Shown here piece after piece: positions 37,898 to 49,904 of a stretch of 64,000 bases of DNA (the stretch's first letter is position 1; each line of letters opens with the position of its first letter). The stretch spans positions 930,001-994,000 of the forward strand of contig ML996688.1 of assembly GCA_010356995.1 (NCBI GenBank), in the 5' to 3' direction. Source of the stretch: Trichodelitschia bisporula (taxonomy: Eukaryota). A program made the position numbers and the translations under genes. The notes under the pieces were generated by a model, which did no database searches, was not told the origin of the DNA, and worked only from the letters and a program-made list of their open reading frames with translations.

Positions 37898-39848
37898 ATG
37901 CCTTACCCTCTCGACTACTTCACGCACAGGCGGGACGTGTAAGTGCCCCATCAGCTACCAGCCGAAAGCATGCCATTGAATCCATCTAGAAAACGGAAAC
38001 AGGACGAGCGAGCTGCGCGCATAGCTTCACTTCCTCAGGCTTATCTCGCTCCCGTAACTCAGACCGACCGAGAGATTCTGCAGTGGCCAATTGCCAAGCT
38101 CGTCAGCAATGTGCACAAGCAGGTCCTCAAGCCGGTGGATATCCTGAGGACGTATGGGAAGGTTGCAATCAAAGCGCAAGAGAATACGAATTGCCTGACG
38201 GAAATCCTTTTCCTGGAGGCGGAGCGCTGGATCGAGAATGGGGAGATTAATCTCAAGGGACCGCTTGCGGGCATTCCGGTCTCGCTCAAGGATTCGATTG
38301 CGGTGGGCGGGTTCGATGTGAGCGTTGGCTATTCGAGCAATACTGGCAAGCCGTATCCTGTCGATGGGTCACTTGTACGACTGCTCAAGGAAGCTGGTAA
38401 GTGCCCGCGAATCTTGAGAACGCAGTTCATCTTGAGGACGCAGTTCATAACTGATATACCAGGCGCCATACCCTTCGTCAAGACCAACCTTCCAATAACA
38501 CTCCTCTCCTTCGAATCCACAAATGATGTACGCCTACCACTCCCCCCTCTCCCATCCCATTAACCCCTCCTAGGTCTGGGGCCGCACTACTAACCCGCAC
38601 AACCCCGCCTATAGCCCGGGCGGAAGCACAGGCGGCGAATCCGCCCTCCTCGCCTTCGGCGGCAGCCGCATCGGCATCGGCTCCGACGTCGCAGGCTCCG
38701 TACGCGTGCCGGCCCATTTCTCAGGTTGCTACTCACTGCGCTGCTCGACGGGTCGGTGGCCCAAAATGGGCGTGAATACGAGTATGCCCGGCCAGGAGGG
38801 CATACCTAGCGTGTTCAGCCCGATGGCGCGGACTCTCGATGATTTGACCTATTTCACGCGCGAGTTTGTTAGGATGAGGCCCTGGAGGTATGATCATACG
38901 GTGCATCCGCTTGAGTGGAGGGATGGGAGTGAGGAGGAGTGGAGGGGGAAGAAGGTGCTTAGGGTGGGTGTGTTGCGTGATGATGGTGTGTAGCCCGTCC
39001 CCACGTACTCCTTTCATTAACAGCCTAGGTGTTGTCACACCCGCCCCGGCATGCGCCCGCGCCTTGGAGCAAGTCGCGTCAGCTCTGCGCGCCGAAGGGC
39101 ATACGGTCGTAGACATCGATCCACCCTCACCATATGAGGCCCTCCTCCTCGCCTCGCAACTCCTCAACGCCGACGGCTGCCTAACCTTCCGCTCCTTCTT
39201 CCGCTTTGGCGAAACCAACGACCCTGGCGCCGCGCAGATGGAATTCTACATGCACCTCCCGCGGCCTATCAAGTATCTACATTACCTATGGGTTAAGTAC
39301 GTGAGAGGCGATGCGTTGTGGGCGGGTCTGCTGCGGGACTGGCATCCGAAGTCCGCGGCGGAGAATTGGAAACTGGTGGCGAGGAGAGAGGCGTATAAGG
39401 CGCGTTGGCATGATTATTGGAATGATCAGGGGCTGGATGTCGTTATTACGCCGCCGAATGCGACGCCTGCGGTGCCGCATGGGGGGATGAGGGATGCGGT
39501 GTCTAGCTGCGGGTATACGTTTTTGTTCAACCTGGTATGTTGGTTGGCTGTGGGGGTTTGGTGCAAGGCTAACGCTGGTAGTTGGATTATCCCGCTGGTA
39601 TTCTTCCGGTTACGCATGTCGACAGCAAGCTGGATCAGTTGCCGCCGGGGTTTAACTTCAAGAATCTGAATGGCGTGGCGAGGGGGGCGTATAAGTACTA
39701 TGATGCGAATAAGATGGCGGGACTGCCGGTTGGAGTGCAGGTTGTTGGGCCGAGATTGCAGGAGGAACGGGTGCTGGCTGTTATGGGAAGGATTGAGGAT
39801 GCCCTTGAGAAGCATGGAGGGAAGTACGATCTGCTGGAGGTGGAGTGA
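37898..39848 (+). CDS. Amidase-signature family enzyme (acetamidase/FAAH-like); multi-exon
   Basis: GPLAGIPVSLKD (catalytic Lys), GGSTGGE, GIGSDVAGSVRVPA, GLPVGVQVVG. TATAAA at 37827. Confidence 0.93.
38410..38448. repeat. 18-bp tandem duplication inside an amidase intron
   Basis: CTTGAGAACGCAGTTCAT followed by CTTGAGGACGCAGTTCAT. Confidence 0.8.
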
Positions 39849-40383
39849 TTATGGAATCGAGCGTACTGTAGGTATGAGCTAAACTGGCATCAAGTCTACC
39901 GTTCATGGACTTACGCGTACTGTAGTGCCATCGCAATGGCTTCTTATCATCCTAGTTAAAGCCAGGAAGTAGACGAGTAATCGCGACTTGCTGGGAACAG
40001 CGATCCGTTCTGCTCCTGTTATTATATCGCTGTTCGAAGCATATATCCGTCACCTTAGGATCCCGTACCCGACCTGGAAACCATGATATGCTGCACTGCT
40101 TAGGAAGTCTCAAACTGAGATGAGTTGTTGCTGTATGAACTTTCCTGATCGTTCAGAGACAGGCTACAATACATTAACTAGACAAGATCTCAATCCTGAT
40201 CCAGGGTAAAAGCATTGACCGGGACGCCGTGCTGACCGTAAAGCAGAGAAAAGACAACATCGCCCACAGGCCGTCTATAGCCGTAATCCGCCATCATAAC
40301 CGCCGTCTCAAATGGCCACATGCCCCCGTCGAGTCCATTACAACAACCTTGCTCCGACCAATCTTGGCTGCATATGTTGGGAA

Positions 40384-41274
40384 CTAAGCAAGCGTCTGCG
40401 TACGCCTGTGCTTGAGTTTAGCAGCATTGTCGACCGCAACCGCAGAAACACTATTCCCCGCCGCCCTCTCCATGAAGTTCGCAAACGAATCCTGCCTCAC
40501 AACCCTCCGCTCCCTCTCCTCCTTGATCCCCGTCTTAACAAGCCGACTCTCCGACGCCAGCAACACCTTCTTAACATCAACCCCCTTCCGAATAGCCTCA
40601 TCAATCGTCGCGCTAAGCACCTGCTCCTCGTCGATCGGCGCTACAAACGGCCGGATGCACTCGTCGATATACTCGGTCAGCCGCGCCATGCCGAGTAGAT
40701 CTTCAACGCCCCGGTTGACCTTGTACCGGTACGCGCCGCTCGCGTCGCCCACCTCCGTGCACCCGCGGTCGATGTACGCCATAACGCGCGCCTTCTTGGC
40801 CTTGCGCTTCGCGACCTCGATCGGCGCCTTATCCTCCTCCTTGCGCGCCCACAGCTCCACGCTCACCCACTCCTTGCCATACGTAGCAGGTACATCCCCA
40901 AAGGCATCAAGCGCCTCCTCATCCTCAGCACTCAGGCTATACACAATCCCAAACACCCGATCGGTGTCGTCGCGGAGATCGCCGTTCGACAGCGGGCCCA
41001 GCCAGGAGGTCGTCTGCGGCGAGTATGGCGCCGGCGGCGACTCGACGATGTTGGCGTACCCCCTGGCGCAGATCTGGAACTGGAAGTGGCGGAGGCGGGC
41101 CACGCCGATTATTTGGGCGCTCGGGCAGCGCTGGGTGATTTGCTTGGACCACAGGTTTGTGGCGTAGGCGAAGTAGAGGGTGCGGTCGGCGTGGGTGGGG
41201 GAGGGGGTGAGGGAGGAGGCGGGCGTTGCCGGGGCCTGCGGGATGGTGATGTAGGGGAGGCCGGTGAATGCCAT
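40384..41274 (-). CDS. Gamma-glutamylcyclotransferase/AIG2-like fold protein
   Basis: LYFAYATNL..QITQRCP, RGYANIV, VFGIVYSLS..DEEALD, YID. Confidence 0.8.
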   Translation of the reverse strand: MAFTGLPYITIPQAPATPASSLTPSPTHADRTLYFAYATNLWSKQITQRCPSAQIIGVARLRHFQFQICARGYANIVESPPAPYSPQTTSWLGPLSNGDLRDDTDRVFGIVYSLSAEDEEALDAFGDVPATYGKEWVSVELWARKEEDKAPIEVAKRKAKKARVMAYIDRGCTEVGDASGAYRYKVNRGVEDLLGMARLTEYIDECIRPFVAPIDEEQVLSATIDEAIRKGVDVKKVLLASESRLVKTGIKEERERRVVRQDSFANFMERAAGNSVSAVAVDNAAKLKHRRTQTLA

Positions 41275-42205
41275 CTTGGTGGTTTGGTATGGGAATCTAG
41301 CAAGGGAGAAGTCAGAGGATGCTGCAGAAGCTTCATGGGGGTTTGCGGTACCGAATATGATGTAGTACAGTAGTATGGAATGTTGTTTATCTTAAACTTA
41401 CAAAGACCGCTTGCAGGTTTCGATGGTGTTGTGAAAGTGAGAGAGAGTTGGAGTGGGAGAGGTTGTTGCGGAGAGGTTGCTGTTGGAAAAAGGAGGAGGA
41501 CGTCGAGGTGGGTACGGGTAAATGTGAATGCTCAGCGAGTTTTGTGAGCTCGCGCCCCCGATTGGCAGGCATTCACCGCGCGCAGCCACTCTCTGTCATA
41601 GTTGGCCCGTCCGGCGGCCATCAGCCCTATACTAGCGCGCTAAGCCCCCGGTGTCGTGCAAAAGAGCTGTGGCGCAGTACAACATGCGGCAAGGAGCTCA
41701 CCGCTTCCGTGCTTTTTATAGGACCAAGCAACTTTTTGTCCCATGGGAAAGGGGCCTCCTGTCTCCTGTCTTCCGTGATATTGTTTACTGACACTCTGAT
41801 GCGACATGAACGCGTGACGATTTCCGAAAACTCTGGTGGTACGGGACCTTTCCTCGAGAGGCCGCACGTTCGCGGAGCTGTTTGCTACAGCTACGTGTCT
41901 GTTGGTGCTTCGTTGAGGCTGCCAAGCCAGCCTTGTCCGTGACAGGAGAGTTGTTGGGCTATATTACCTGATGCATTAACCCACGCTGGTCCACTTCATG
42001 TGCTGTGATGATAGTGTGCATGGTCGAGTCAGGGGTATCTGGGGTAGCACTGGTTTCGGTATGCGGGGACGGCCGATGAGCCTCACCAGTCAAGATCATC
42101 AGGCCGGTCCTTCACTATGCGAAAAAATAGCCAGTTGACGCTCCATCAGGACTTCTTGCATTGCGAGTATCTACGTATCTCAGCAAGGCGTTTCCCAGAA
42201 GGCGT

Positions 42206-42692
42206 CTACGACTGCCGCAGCGCCTGCGCGTTCTTCGTCATCAGTGCCCTCAACTCATCCACCTTCCCCTTCTCAGCAGGCGGGAGGGGAATATCCGCCA
42301 AATTCACAATCTCGCGAATCTCGATCCCACTCCCGGGCGTATGCAACGGGTGGTTCTTCACAATATCAACCACCTCATCAAGACTATCCGCATTGAGCAC
42401 GCTGTACGCCCCGACAGAGCGCTGCTCGAACGGCCCCTTCTGCACGGTTGTGTTGCCAGACTCGTCGGTGAGGACGCGCGCTCCTTTGGCGGTTGGGTAG
42501 AGGGCTTCGCCCCAGATGAGTTTGCCGGATTCGGCGAGCTTTTTGCTGTACGTTTGCATGGCTTCGACCTTGCGGGGTTAGTGAGGGTGGATGATGGGGG
42601 AGGGAGGGGTCGTGACGTACCCGATCCGCAGGAGGGTGCTGGCCCGCCTCGGACTCCTTGGTGTTGCCGACGAGGATCATGAAAAGAGGCAT
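42206..42692 (-). CDS. YCII-related (DGPF-type) small protein; exons 42692-42621 and 42568-42206
   Basis: MPLFMILV..ESEAG..|VEAMQTYSKKLAESGKLIWGEALYPTAKGARV..VQKGPF..VGAYSVLNADSLDEVV..IEIREI. TATAAAA at 42777-42771. Confidence 0.85.
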
Positions 42693-44034
42693 GGTGATGG
42701 TTGATGGAAGTCTGGTTTGTGATGGTGTGTCTGGATGTGGATGGCAATGATGGCGCGGAGACTCAGCGGCTTTTATATCAGCGTCCCGCCATATTATTCC
42801 CTCACTGATGCCGACCACAGGCCCGGGGCACTCTATCCGATAAAGTCAGGGGTTTCATAGTGCTGATCAGAGACTGGCTTCCGCACCATCGAAAGTTTGC
42901 AGTTACGGAACGACTGGATACAGATAGCATCCAGCAACTCTCCGGGAACCCCATGGAGCAACCTGGGCTTGCAACCTGGCCTGAAGCTCCCATTCGCAAT
43001 TGACCGGGGAAGCAACGTTCCAAGCATCTCTCCTGTGATCTACCGAAAGCCCAACGGTCCGCCGCTCCCGGATGCCCACCATCAGTTCCTCCTCCGAATT
43101 CTGTCCATGACCCGGCATTCCGAGATTGCGCACCCTTCCCTCCACAAAGTCCCAAGGTAAGATATGAAACCAGAGCCTAGAATCCGGAACTCTAACAGCG
43201 GCCTAGGCTGCCACACGGAGCTCGGCTGTCGTTCTATGGCGACTCCACGAAGATCAATATATCAGGCCCTATATCAAGCTTTGATAATGTGGGGTAGCGA
43301 GGATCTCCCGCCCGGCTGCATGGTAACCCGCATCCGGGGATGTTTCAGCGCCCTTGCATATGATGACGCGGAGGCACGTTTCGCGGTGCGCTTGAGCCGC
43401 ATATAACGATCTGTAAGGATGTATCTTGAACAACTGAATCCGGAGTTCGACTTCGGCCCCGATGATCTGCTTTAACTGCAAGCATGCTCACCATCGGTGT
43501 TTGGTTTCACTTCCCCGCGGTTCGGCCAAGGCTTAATATACGTCAACAATCTCGGATCTGTCAGTCCCGACATCAACCAATAGTGGCTGTAAATATTGCG
43601 GCACTTGGGTACGTGGGGGTAAACAGACTCAGACAGCAGGAACAGTTCGTCGCAGTTGAGGCCATATCCGTACGTACCATTCGATACAATGACGAGGTCC
43701 GCCGAGTTTAGATGATATCCCAAACACTGTCGACGCCAAATTCTCTTCCAGAGCTGAGAGCAGTCAACCTCTCGGCTGTTGCAAGAACATCGATAACATC
43801 GCAAGCCGATCCCTCGACCGTCGGCCTCAAAATGCTCCGCCTCCGCATCCCGTTGATTGCAGCCGCGACGAGCCCAATTCCCTCTGGAACGCCAGCAATC
43901 TGCCAGATACCCCAGATTGATCGCCGGTCATGCATATGGTGCGTTCGGCGCACGGAAGCCAAGTCTTCCCGACCCATACATAATCCTCGCCCGGATAACC
44001 GTCCCTCCGCATTTATGCTAATGCAGATCCTCCC

Positions 44035-46913
44035 TCAGTCATCAACAACATTCCGATTAAAAAACTTCCACATCTTTCTCCCCACTTCCCTCCCCATAAT
44101 CCGGCACAAAGCCTCCTCCTCCATATTCGCCAGCTCCTGGATGTTTTCCACCTCGGCTGTGATGGCGTAGAGATTCTTGTCCGTTATCCCGGGCACCACG
44201 CGCAGCATGTCCATGGGCGTCTGACTGACGGCCCCGGACTCAGCGTCCTCGCCCTCTTCCAGCCCGATTTGCACCGCCTTCACTGGATCCGGCTCTTCCT
44301 GGAGCTTCTTCAACTCCTCAAAGATCTCCGCCGTCTGATACGGCGAGCTCGACCAAATGATCCGCAAGCGCGGGAAGGCGATCGTGAGCATAACGAGCTT
44401 GCCCTGCAAATCCGGCGCCGCCATCGTTGCCGCCGCCGCGGAGGACAGATCCGCGAATGGCTCCAGGGTGAAGCTCTTGTTCTGGTCGAATTCGATGAGC
44501 AGCATGGGGTTTTCGTAGTGCTGAGACATTTGCTCGGCTTGGTTGAAGAGCCGGCCGTTGGCAAAGGAGCCGATGAGATCGCTGACGGATTTCCGCTCGA
44601 TGCAGATTTTGGGCGTCAGGATGTAGTCGCCGACTGTGAGCATGCAGGGGAGGATTTCCATGCCGCGGCCGTGTAGAAGTGATGGAAGCGAGGACGAGAA
44701 CTCGCGGACGTCGACGACGACACGGGGCTGGACGGTTGTAGCGGCGATTCGTCCACCGCCGGCTATGCGCGTGTTGATCGTTCGCAAAAATGTCTCCTCG
44801 GGATTTAAGTTTGCCGTGTCGATGGTCATGGCCATGTTCTGGGACGTTAGACCTTGCTCAATGCCAAAGAGTTAACTTACACCACGTTCCCGGATAAGCT
44901 TGGTAAAAGCGTCCTTCTCCCGCCGACTGCTGCCCAAATACCGCTGCTCCTCGACCGAACCGCTATAGTACATAAAGTATACACGGACGCTGCGATCGGT
45001 ATGACAGCTGCGGTATACCTCAACGCGCCGAATGAAGGCAAGGTCCGGCTCATACAAGATGATATATCGGGGCTTGATCTCCTCCAGCAGGTGGTCATCC
45101 ATATCGCCGTCGAACGGGTGAACAACCACCAGATCCTTCATGTCGTAGAGTTCGTAGTAGTCTTCCATTCCTTCCAATGGGTCAATGCCAATCTCTGCCC
45201 TCTCTTGGGCTTCGACTTCAGTAACCTCGAGATTTGAGAGGAGTGCAGCAATATGCGCGTCCTTGTCTCCAGCAACATGAACGCTGTTGAGCTCGGGCCG
45301 ACTTGGACCTGAGGCAGCGGCAGCAGAGCCCCGGACCCTTCGTCTTTTGCTGGGAGGAGCTCGGCCTCTCGATGCAGGACCACCGCGTGCCTCCGTGGCC
45401 TGCATAGCTTTTTGTATCTCCGAGTCGAGCGAAGCGCTCACCTTGGTAAAGCTCCGTTTCCAGGTAAGATAGTTGCGAAGCCGGCGCCTCATCATAAAAG
45501 CGGCAGACGGCTCGTCGTCTTTCAGCTCCTCGTTCGCATTTTCAGGCCGCTTGTGCATCGACTGAAGGTACTCGCGGATTTGACTACATGCCGCCTGGTC
45601 ACCGCACATGACTAGAATAGCGTCGCTGGAGTCGTCCAACTTGGTTGGGTGAAAATACATGTCCTGCTCGATCTCTTCAATGATTTTAGCTAGGATCTCC
45701 CACTTCGGCTGCTCCTCTAGTACTGGCTCGATCTTTTCGGAAAGCTTCCCGGTGTACACGCGGCGTCTTGCCGCTTCGAACATCGTTTCTGCGGCATCTA
45801 ACAAGAGCCATGGCGATGGATTCTGGCGGATTTTGCCCGGAGGCGGCTGAGCTGCGGCGACGATAGTGTCCAGATATTGGTTGAATTTGACGGCATCGTA
45901 TGTCAAAACAGCACTATACTCGTCAGCCAGCTCCCAAGCGAAGGAAGACATACAATAGAAGCTGTCGGAGCTCCCCCAAGTCTCTGACAATCTGTTTCGT
46001 CCGAGGGCTCGTCCGATGCCAGACCGGATCGAGCTGCCTCATGACTATGGCCTGGAAGTTCCTGTGCAGTGCATTGTCCAGATTCCAGTCATCCATCTCG
46101 AGACCAGAATTTCCCTTCTTCAGCTCGCTAATACTCGCTTCAATGCATTCCATGATGGCGTTTTGGATGGACCGCATGCTGTCCGTCATGTCGACTTCCA
46201 GCTCAATAACCTCGACCTTCTTCTTCCCGTACAGCGAATTCGCCACTTCCACATGAAAACGCGGGTAGAGTGACGGCTTCCGCAGAAACAGATTCCGCAT
46301 CATAGTCGCAAGCGGAGAAATGCCATACGTGAAGCTCTCCGGGACGTCCGAAAAGGCCTTGAGGAAGCCATCCTTATTCTTCTGCCTGTAAACCCGGAGA
46401 ATGAACGCCTCCAGCGCCGTCGCCACGACCTTTTCAGCATGCAGCACCACAATCCCAGACACAATAGCAGGGTCCAGCCACTCGGATAAAAAATCCACGA
46501 TCAAGATCCGCGACGTAATGCTGAAGATTCCACTATTCGCATACATCTTGGCGCGGGCCGCGATCGTCACGGCTTCGTTACTGACGATAGTAAGACCGCG
46601 ACACTTCGGCGCCCGACTGATAGTAGCGTGCTCGGCGAGCGACTCTCCGATCCACTCATTCTCGCGGTCATCGGCGCCGATGATCAGGATGAGATTGTTC
46701 CCAGCAGCATCGCACGAGTGGAGGAAATTCGTCACGATGCGCAGCAGGCCCAGCCCCCGCGCCATGATCAGGAGTTCATCCTCGCTGCGGAGTTCGCGGA
46801 AGATCTCCTGTTGGAATTCCTGGATGGTCGTGAGTGGACGCGCGAAGTGAGGCTGCGGGGCGAAATACCAAGGGCAAGGAGAGCTTCACTGGCGGCAGCT
46901 CCTCTGCAGACAT
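44035..46913 (-). CDS. RAD1: DNA repair endonuclease XPF (Rad1/Rad16/MEI-9); four exons
   Basis: LSLPL|EFQQEIF..DELLIMARGLG, SITSRILIVD, YYSGSVEEQRY, VVVDVREF.SSLP, VGDYIL, ERKSVSD nuclease motif, C-terminal HhH. Confidence 0.95.
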
Positions 46914-46983
46914 CAAGTTGAGCGGTTCAAGAAATTTTCTCAGCAGAGTACGCTTCTAATGACGATGAAGAAGAGGCAAAGAC

Positions 46984-46989
46984 ACGCGT
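46984..46989. promoter_or_regulatory. MCB-like element ACGCGT upstream of XPF
   Basis: ACGCGT about 70 bp before the ATG, with ACGCGA nearby at about 47023. MCB boxes are typical of fungal DNA repair/replication promoters. Confidence 0.35.
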
Positions 46990-47382
46990 TTGCCCCGCTG
47001 GAGGTTATCGGTCACGATATAAACGCGATGTCACGCTTCGGGAGGCCGAGCGGCCCAGCCGAAATCCGTGGGTGGCTGCAAGGGTGCCTGGCAGCGCTCT
47101 TGGCTGAGGCTAGTACGATGCTTCAAAAGCTACGTCACTCAGGGATTCATCACAGCATTCGAATCCAAGCTTTAAACAATAGTAGGTCTACCCTATGTGC
47201 AGATGCCTACTGAGTACTCCATTTATGCTGCCTTTCCCGATCCCCAGCTCCAAGCCAAGCAAACCCAGCAGATCCCCTCGCAATGTTGGTATCTGACCAA
47301 CGCCTAGCTCTTGAACTCCATTTTTGTTGCCCGAATCCGACTCTGCAGTCCCGCGTTTATGCATCCGTCAAAGCAAAAAAAA

Positions 47383-49134
47383 CTAACCCCGCGAGAGCAA
47401 CGGTGTATCATCGTTGTCCTCTTCTTCCTCTCCGTCTGCGTCCTCCTCGTCTTCGCTCCCCTCATCCCCATCCGCCTCCAGCGCAGGGCTTCTGATACCA
47501 AAACTGAGCAGTAACCCGATCAAAGAAATGATTGCGAAGAGGCCAAAGGCAAGGGCCTCACCCTTGTGCTTGAATTTCGTCGAAGCGGAAAAGAGACCAC
47601 CAGACATAAACGGGCCTACTGCCCGCCCAGCAGCTGACAATGTTTGTGCTAGACCGTTTAGGGTGCCGAGGACAGAGTGGTTCGGCGCGGAGTTTGTTAT
47701 CTGGAAGGGTTAACAGCCTGACGAACATTCACCGCTGTTACATACCAAGAGAAGTGCGGAAGTCAGTCCTCCAACCGCAGCAACTGCCTTGATGATCAAG
47801 ATGCCCCCCATCTCTATCCACAGCCAAATTTTGCCCTGGCCAAAGCCGGATTTATCCTTGTATCCAACCCAAGGCATGAGCAGGAACGATACAACAAAGA
47901 GCCCGAGACTCAGACGGTAGGTATTCTTATTACCTATCGCGTCTCGGATCCTGCCATATATCCCGATCTGAAAGAAAATTGTGAGAACGCCGGAAAAGGC
48001 CAGAGACAGGCCGATTTCCTCTGTCGAGAGTCCTCGGCCAGTGGGAGGCTTTGCCTCGCCGAAAATGGGAAAGAGAGCATTGTACGCAACGTTGGAGAGT
48101 TGGAAGATCAAGAAGGTGACGAGAATGAGGATGGTGTCTCGAGTGAAGACGTCCTTGCCTTTGAGACTGACAACGTTCTGAACAAGAAGTGAAGGGCTTT
48201 CGTCAGGCGCTCCGTCGGTCCGCTGGTCCGTATGGCTCTTCCGCCGCCGCAAGTATGTAGGCCGGTAGCTGGAGCCTGTAAATTGCCACATCCATGCAAA
48301 GAGGCTCTTGATGCGGTGACGGAGCGGCGGCAGCTCTTTCGCTTCCTCCAAACTTTCCTGAAGGAAGAAGCATGCCAGGACGAAATCGATGGCGAGAACA
48401 ACGGCAGAGAAGAGATTGGCAATAAGGTACGGGAACGGATTCGGCTCTCCTTTCTTGAAGGGATTCTCCTTGAATACCAGCAGCCCACCGACGGCCGGGC
48501 CGGTGATGCCGCCAATTCCGTATATAACTGGGAGGTATGTGAAGGCGCGCGACTGATTGCTGCGGTCCGTAATTTCCCCCAGGCACGTGGATATGACGCC
48601 TTGGTTGCCGTTGACAAGTCCCATCGCGATCTGGACCACGATCGCCTGCCAAAACGTCCGGCAAAATCCAAAGGCGACGAAGCAGGCTGCCGTGAGAACA
48701 GTGCCCGTCAGTATGACTGGCTTCCTTCCAATTCTGTCTGAGAGCCAACCCCAGAAGAAGTTTGTCGTGAACTGCGCGAGCGCAAAGCCGGAGGCGATCA
48801 GGCCGACATAGAGGCCGACCTCGGATTCTTTGACTCCTGGGAAGCTCGAGGTCATGTCTGGAAGGTAAGGGCTGATGGAGTTCAACGCCGTCTGTTCAGC
48901 CAGAGCAATCACTGCCAGCATTATGAGCTGCCTTTTCGGCAGTGGAGACTCTTGTTGGACATGATGGCCACTCGAACTGGAACCATCATAGCTGCCTGAT
49001 CCACCGCGGCGAGATAAGGATGCAGGGGAAGGTGGGTGTCCACGAGAAGTCGGTGGCTTCGTAGGGAACGTCTGGTAGTGAAGAGTCGATGACTGTCGTC
49101 GAGGTTCAAAGGCAGGCTTCTTGGAAGCCATCAT
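47383..49134 (-). CDS. Major facilitator superfamily transporter; intron 47745-47701
   Basis: MFS motif A (WGWLSDRIGRK), about 12 hydrophobic segments, LGTLNGLAQTLSAAGRAVGP. Confidence 0.92.
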
Positions 49135-49904
49135 GGCAAGGGAGAGGGTGGAGCAGTGACGAATGCGGGGAAGCTCTGGCGCAGGCACCGAGAAAGCCCC
49201 CTCACGCAGGCTGAAGAGTGGGGGTTGCTTGAGGACGATGCAATGTCATGAGAAGAAAAATATATATACGAGAGGAGAATGTACGGCGGTTCCAGGAAGA
49301 AAGAGCGAGTGTCTTGTGTTGTCTTGACACAGAAAGAGGGTAGAGTTCGCGACGTGGGAGGTGATTGGGGAGGGTTGTTGCAGGGCGTGGAGAATGTTAG
49401 CGTCACAAGTTCAAGGGCTTATCAAAAAAGTCGTAGCGCCTGACGTCGGCAACGTCCGCGGAGTGGGCGTCATGACTTTTTTCGACAGCCCTCCACGCCC
49501 TCATCTGCCAGGGCAGACAAGGATTGCGTCAAATGGTGGATTTTGAAGGCCTCAGACCTCTTCGCTTGGCAGGCCATACTTCCCACCTCCCTCAAAGGGC
49601 TAGAGCCTTAAAAGGTCTGGCCATTCAGATCTGCAGCATTACGCAGTTGTCAAAAACTCCGTCTCGCTTTCCTCCGCTCAACCTCTTACTTTGCCATCCG
49701 AGTCTATGGTAAAATGATCTCACCAGAACTTTTTATGGGCGAAGCTGCCAGGCAGCCACAAGCTTATCGCCTCACGGATGCTGACAAAGTGGTCATAGGT
49801 CATCAGACCACGACGAACGCTACCATATTTACGATACCCTGGTGATCAAGACCATGCCCAGGTTTCCTGGTAACCCCCCTATCCAAACACCTCTACGTAG
49901 TAGA

